NCBI GenBank assembly: GCA_035288845.1
Contig: DATDZB010000001.1
Span: 9,092-73,091, forward strand
Reading direction: 5' to 3'
Length of the DNA: 64,000 nucleotides
Origin: Candidatus Nanoarchaeia archaeon
GTDB taxonomy: Archaea; Nanobdellota; Nanobdellia; SCGC-AAA011-G17; GW2011-AR18
Made by a program: the position numbers and the translations under genes
The notes under the pieces: model-generated
The model's input: the letters and a program-made list of their open reading frames with translations, nothing else
Database searches by the model: none
Told to the model about the DNA's origin: nothing
Shown here: positions 59,073 through 64,000 of the stretch, in pieces
Layout: each line of letters opens with the position of its first letter
How positions within the stretch are numbered: the stretch's first letter is position 1

Positions 59073-61109
59073 ATGGAAAAAAGGGGGCAGGCAGCAGTTT
59101 TTCTAATAATAGGAATAATCTTATTAATCGTAGTAATAAGTGTCATAGTTATTAAACAAGATTTCTTAAAAAATCTATTTTCAAGTATCTCAACAGAAAG
59201 ATTAACTGTTCCTCAGCAAGTAAAACCAGTACAAACTTTTCTAGATTCTTGTGTTCAAGAAATAACAAAAGAAGGAATTAATATTATAGCATTTCAAGGT
59301 GGCAGATTAAATTTAGAAGAAGATAATATTCCAACAACACCATTTACTCCGTTGCAAACTTCTCTAGAAATAATTCCAGATTCAGAAATTAAAACAAGTG
59401 TTTGGTTTAGATCAAGAGGAAATGGAATACAAGAATTAAATATTCCAACAGAACAAGAAATAGAAAATTCAATATCCCAATATGTAGAAGAAAATTTTGC
59501 TAATTGTGTTCAAAACTTAACAGAATTTGATAGACAAGGTTATTCTACAAGTGCTGATGGAATTCCAGAAGTAACAACAGATATCTCATCTAATAATGTA
59601 TTAACAACAGTTGATTTCCCAGTAAATATTCAAATTTTATCTACAAATTTTACATTATCAAAACATCAAGGTTCAGTAGATTCTAATCTAGGTAAACTTT
59701 ACACAATGGCTAAAGAAATAATGGAAAAAGAAAATGAAGACTTTTTCTTAGAAAATAAAACAATTGATACTTTGGTTGCTTATGATCCAGAAATTCCTTT
59801 TTCAGGAACAGATTTTTCATGTACTCAAGACATATGGGTTAAATCAGATGTAGAAAGAAAATTAAAAAATGTTTTATTTGAAAATGTAGCAGCTATGCGT
59901 ATAAAAGGAACAAATTACGATTTAACAAATGACAATCAAAAATATTTAGTATTTGATGCTTTAGATACAACAGACAGCGAAGTTACAGCAAACTTAATGT
60001 ATATTCCAAGCTGGCCAACTTCAATAGAAATTTCACCTTCAGAAGGAAATATATTAAAAAGTGATTTAATTACAAACAAAGCAGGTGGAGCAGTTTCAGC
60101 TTTATTATCAACATTTTTCTGTCTAAATAATCATCAATTTGTTTATGACTTAAAATATCCTGTATTAATTAGTTTAACATCATCTGATGGTTTAACATTC
60201 CAATTCGCAACACAAGTAATACTAGACAACAATAAACCAAGATCAAACACAGTAATATCTACAACACTTCCAGATATAGAATCTCCAATATGTAATTACA
60301 GACAAAAAGATGTAACTATATTTACAGGATTTATAGATGAAAATAATCAGCTAGCTCCATTAGAAGATGTAACTTTAAGCTACAAATGTTTCCCTGCAAC
60401 TTGCCAATTAGGAAATACAATATTAAATTCAGATGGAGAACCAACTTTAACAACTAAAGTTCCTTTATGTGTTAATGGAATAATAGAAGGAAGAAAAGAA
60501 GGCTATAAACAAATATTGAAAACATATTACTCTTCAAACAATGAAAATTCTCCAGAAATAGCTCTAGTTCAATTAGAAAAGGTTTACAATAAAAAAATAA
60601 ATTTATTCATAACAGAAAAAGAAACAGGAGAAACAAGAGAACCATTTGGAACAGAAACAATTACTTTCCAATTTATACACCAAGGAACAAATTATCAAAA
60701 TTCATATATTTATCCAAATGAAAATAATACTTTAGATTTGATACCTGGAAAATATATAGTAAGTGCTTATTTAATGAGAAATAGTAGCACTTATAAAATA
60801 CAAATTCCAAAAGAAGAATTAACTACTTGTGTAGAAACAGAAAGTCTAGGTTTATTTGCTTTGTTCCAAAAAAATCAAGTATGTAAAACTACAGAAACAG
60901 AAGCATTTGAATCTAATAGTGTATTAACTGGAGGATTTACAGATTTGGAATATGAATTTACTAGAAAAGATTTATCATCAAATGAAGCACTAAATTTATT
61001 TATATTATCTTCAAAAATACCAGGCAGCTTTAGTGATTTACAAAAAATACAAATAGAAATCGAAACAAATAAAGATCACTCATTATTTAAGGAACCAATA
61101 GTAGGATGA
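59073..61109 (+). CDS. Large class III signal peptide protein
   Basis: MEKRG|QAAVFLIIGII; FLDSCV, QGG, multiple Cys. Confidence 0.85.
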   Translation: MEKRGQAAVFLIIGIILLIVVISVIVIKQDFLKNLFSSISTERLTVPQQVKPVQTFLDSCVQEITKEGINIIAFQGGRLNLEEDNIPTTPFTPLQTSLEIIPDSEIKTSVWFRSRGNGIQELNIPTEQEIENSISQYVEENFANCVQNLTEFDRQGYSTSADGIPEVTTDISSNNVLTTVDFPVNIQILSTNFTLSKHQGSVDSNLGKLYTMAKEIMEKENEDFFLENKTIDTLVAYDPEIPFSGTDFSCTQDIWVKSDVERKLKNVLFENVAAMRIKGTNYDLTNDNQKYLVFDALDTTDSEVTANLMYIPSWPTSIEISPSEGNILKSDLITNKAGGAVSALLSTFFCLNNHQFVYDLKYPVLISLTSSDGLTFQFATQVILDNNKPRSNTVISTTLPDIESPICNYRQKDVTIFTGFIDENNQLAPLEDVTLSYKCFPATCQLGNTILNSDGEPTLTTKVPLCVNGIIEGRKEGYKQILKTYYSSNNENSPEIALVQLEKVYNKKINLFITEKETGETREPFGTETITFQFIHQGTNYQNSYIYPNENNTLDLIPGKYIVSAYLMRNSSTYKIQIPKEELTTCVETESLGLFALFQKNQVCKTTETEAFESNSVLTGGFTDLEYEFTRKDLSSNEALNLFILSSKIPGSFSDLQKIQIEIETNKDHSLFKEPIVG

Positions 61110-64000
61110 AAAAAAATAGGTTGATAGCAATATTTTGTATGTTATTAATAGTTAGTATGCCTATAGTTTTTTCTGCAGATGTAACAAACAATCCTTCTCC
61201 TTTAGAAAATCAACAAAGTTCTTACTTAAGTAATAGTTTTTCAAATTCAGTTTACAATGATCCATATCAAAATTATGTAAGAAGATCAACAGGTTATGGT
61301 TCATATGGACCAGAACAATATTTAGGTGAAGCAATTGTTATTAATGTTGCAGATTATGAACCAAAATTAGTTAGAGCTTCTTTATTAGAACAGCAAGATG
61401 TTCCAGTATTTATTTATTTAAAAGGTTATACATTACAAAGTTTTATTTCACAAACTGGAAATATAATTTCTGGAGTAGAACAAGGTACAACAGGAACTTC
61501 TAAAGGTTCTTCAATAAGTTCATTAAGTGCATTAGATCCATTTGCTATTTCAGAAATTCCACCAATAGATTACATTCAAATCCTACCAAATTATAACACA
61601 TCTGAAAAAGATTACATTAGATCAATAAATTATATAAAGCCTAGAAAAGATAAACAATCTCTTTCAAATTTAGGTTATTTAGTAGTTTACTTAAGAAAAA
61701 TAGATAATGAAAATGCAACTCCAAGTAATAACACAATTAATATTAATTTAAATGCAAAAATATATTTAAATTTAGAACAAAATTCTTTATTTGGAGTATC
61801 TGAACAAAGTTTATCTTTGAAACAATTAGAAAATAAATCTGAATTTTTACAAAATAAAGATAAATATTCATTTTATTCAGGAAAAGGCTACTTAAGAGCA
61901 ACAAGAGTATCTCCTACTTCTGTTACATTAGAAGTTTACAATAAAGATTTAACTCCAATTTCTTTAGCTTCAGCATCTAATGCAGCTGGTCTAGAACAAA
62001 GAACATCTGTAACTTTAGCAAAAGGTGAAACATCCTCTCCTATTTCATTTGGTTATTCAGGAAATCCAATAAATGATTTATTTAGAGTAAGACTAGACGA
62101 AGTTACAGCTCCAGGAGATAAAGCAGAAATACAATATGAAATAAATGGAAGGAAAATAACTAGAAAAGTTCCTGTAAATGCAAGATTACATTCAGCTTCA
62201 AATTGGATATTAAAAGAAGTAAAAAAAATTGAAAGCAATAAGGTTGTTACACAAGTAACAAATCCAAATGTTAACAAAGTATTTGGTTCAGAAATTAGTG
62301 TTGATGAAGTAGCTTCAGAATTTAAACTTAAAACTCAGCAAAGAAATGAATTATTTGATCTAGCTTCAATAGGAAGAAATCTATATGTTGAAAAACATCA
62401 AATAAGAATAGAAAACCAAGTTACATTTGAAAAAAAAGTATTAGAAACTAAACTTGTTACTTTAGATGGAAATAAACCTTTTTCACAAGCAGAAGTTATA
62501 GGACCAGATTCAGTTAGAATATTAGAAAGAAGATATTGTGAAGAAGTTTCAGATGTTGAAAGAGATGATGTTGCGTGTCAAGCAATATTTAGATATCAAA
62601 AATTAATACAAGAATTCCCAAATAGCGAAGAAACTTTAAAAGCAAAAAGTGATTTAGCAGATATTTATGCAGACTTTTTAATAGTTTACAAAGCTTGTCA
62701 ATTAAATGTTCAAAATAGAGTAATAGATCCAGATAGCTGTAAAATTTATCAAAAAGATATGATTGATTTAGCAGCTTACTATTATTATCAAATAGGAGAT
62801 AATGAAAAGATAAGCAACTTATATGGTACAATTGCTGGCGAAGAATATCTTCAAGATGAAGGAGTACCAATTAAATTATTTGGAGTTTCTACAGCAAAAG
62901 ACGAACAGCCAAAATTCAAATTATCACTTTATGATGGAATTAAAGAAACAAATCAAATTACATATCAAAATGGAGATGTAATAAAATCTATTGGTATTAA
63001 TGGTAAAATTAAATATGAAAAACAAGGAGATTATTACTGGGTTGTAGATCAAGTAAATCCTTCTAGTATAAGCTTAGTTTTACGTAGATTTACAGATCAA
63101 TTTAACAAAGAAATTAATTTAGATAATATTTTAGATATAAATACTTACACCTTATTAAGCAAATTAGGAATTAAATCAATTCCAACAGGAGAAAGAAGAG
63201 ACTTAATTCTAAATAGAAGAACAACATTAAATACTGCATTTGCACAAAAAGATGCACAAGGAAGAATAATAGGTCCAGCAGAAGTTGCAAATGTAGAAGT
63301 AAAAGAAATTGAATCTAAATCAGAAGCATATATAACAATAGTTCCAGGTGCAGGAAGAGCATACTCAACTTCAAGTTTCTCAGTCCACATTCCAGTAGAT
63401 CCAAGACCATTTAAATTAACACCAGACCAACTAGAATCTCAAATTAAAGGTACTAAAGATTTAATTAAAATATTAGATGAAATAATAACTAAATTAGATG
63501 AATATATTTCTACATTAAAGAAATTATGTCTAGGTGCATTTGCAGTTTTAACAATTAAAAATTCATTAAGCGGAACAAGAAATATAGCAAGAAAACAAGT
63601 TTCAGAATATTACAAAGCAAGTTGTCAAAAAGAAATTGCAGAAGGAAAAACATCTGAACATCCTGCATTTACAAGAATGGAAGAATGTTTAAATCATTAC
63701 GGAGATAAAATAAAACAATCAACAGATTCAACACAAAAACATATCTCTGATATAAATGATAAAATAAAAGGTAAAACAGCAGATGAACTAACTAGTGTTG
63801 CTCTAGCATCTTCAGATGAAGAAAAGATATGTGGTTCATTTAATGAATTCGTAAAAGCAAGTCCAAATGCAAACCAGCAAACATTAATTACAAATTATAG
63901 AGATTGTTTACTAAATGCAAAAATACAAAATGATGCATCTTTAGCACAAGGGTTTAAAGATTATTCACAGCAAAAATCAAATGAAATTGGAATAAAAACT
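61106..64000 (+). CDS. Giant secreted protein (>=965 aa, 3' truncated by window); absent from ORF track
   Basis: ATGA overlap; signal peptide MKKNRLIAIFCMLLIVSMPIVFSA; start and window-end codons are in the same open frame (interior spot-checked only). Confidence 0.85.
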   Translation, partial: MKKNRLIAIFCMLLIVSMPIVFSADVTNNPSPLENQQSSYLSNSFSNSVYNDPYQNYVRRSTGYGSYGPEQYLGEAIVINVADYEPKLVRASLLEQQDVPVFIYLKGYTLQSFISQTGNIISGVEQGTTGTSKGSSISSLSALDPFAISEIPPIDYIQILPNYNTSEKDYIRSINYIKPRKDKQSLSNLGYLVVYLRKIDNENATPSNNTININLNAKIYLNLEQNSLFGVSEQSLSLKQLENKSEFLQNKDKYSFYSGKGYLRATRVSPTSVTLEVYNKDLTPISLASASNAAGLEQRTSVTLAKGETSSPISFGYSGNPINDLFRVRLDEVTAPGDKAEIQYEINGRKITRKVPVNARLHSASNWILKEVKKIESNKVVTQVTNPNVNKVFGSEISVDEVASEFKLKTQQRNELFDLASIGRNLYVEKHQIRIENQVTFEKKVLETKLVTLDGNKPFSQAEVIGPDSVRILERRYCEEVSDVERDDVACQAIFRYQKLIQEFPNSEETLKAKSDLADIYADFLIVYKACQLNVQNRVIDPDSCKIYQKDMIDLAAYYYYQIGDNEKISNLYGTIAGEEYLQDEGVPIKLFGVSTAKDEQPKFKLSLYDGIKETNQITYQNGDVIKSIGINGKIKYEKQGDYYWVVDQVNPSSISLVLRRFTDQFNKEINLDNILDINTYTLLSKLGIKSIPTGERRDLILNRRTTLNTAFAQKDAQGRIIGPAEVANVEVKEIESKSEAYITIVPGAGRAYSTSSFSVHIPVDPRPFKLTPDQLESQIKGTKDLIKILDEIITKLDEYISTLKKLCLGAFAVLTIKNSLSGTRNIARKQVSEYYKASCQKEIAEGKTSEHPAFTRMEECLNHYGDKIKQSTDSTQKHISDINDKIKGKTADELTSVALASSDEEKICGSFNEFVKASPNANQQTLITNYRDCLLNAKIQNDASLAQGFKDYSQQKSNEIGIKT

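Noticed and set aside
62053..63390. Three minus-strand ORFs near the right end
   Set aside because: Antisense to the giant plus-strand ORF starting at 61106
1..64000. CRISPR arrays, rRNA, SRP RNA, integrase/transposase
   Set aside because: No repeat-spacer periodicity, long GC-rich structural RNA or recombinase motifs seen by eye

Overview
AT-rich archaeal chromosomal segment. Gene content points to a DPANN lineage, probably Woesearchaeota/Pacearchaeota-like (inference): radA, aIF-2alpha, nop10, GINS, eS27, eL42, uS15, eS1, SRP54/FtsY, Bud32, CarS, EndoQ and many class III signal-peptide proteins. The first 8.6 kb is a type IV pilus-like locus: a TadC-like membrane protein, a LamG protein and 10 genes with class III (prepilin-type) signal peptides, two of them too short for the ORF track. 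A prepilin peptidase sits at 19 kb and a giant secreted ORF runs off the right end. Three intron-containing tRNA genes were reconstructed by hand: Gln-UUG with three introns (10/11, 37/38, 53/54), Thr-UGU with two and Val-GAC with one. The most striking observation is the 5' flank of the tRNA-Gln gene. It is complementary to exactly the tRNA strands displaced when the two non-canonical bulge-helix-bulge splice motifs form, which suggests a built-in splicing scaffold. Other points of interest are tandem membrane-anchored M23 proteins lacking their zinc ligands, a structured leader plus a putative ssDNA-binding gene ahead of radA, several apparent pseudo-enzymes and two toxin-antitoxin pairs. 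No CRISPR array, rRNA or transposase was seen. Product calls rest on motif recognition, not database searches.
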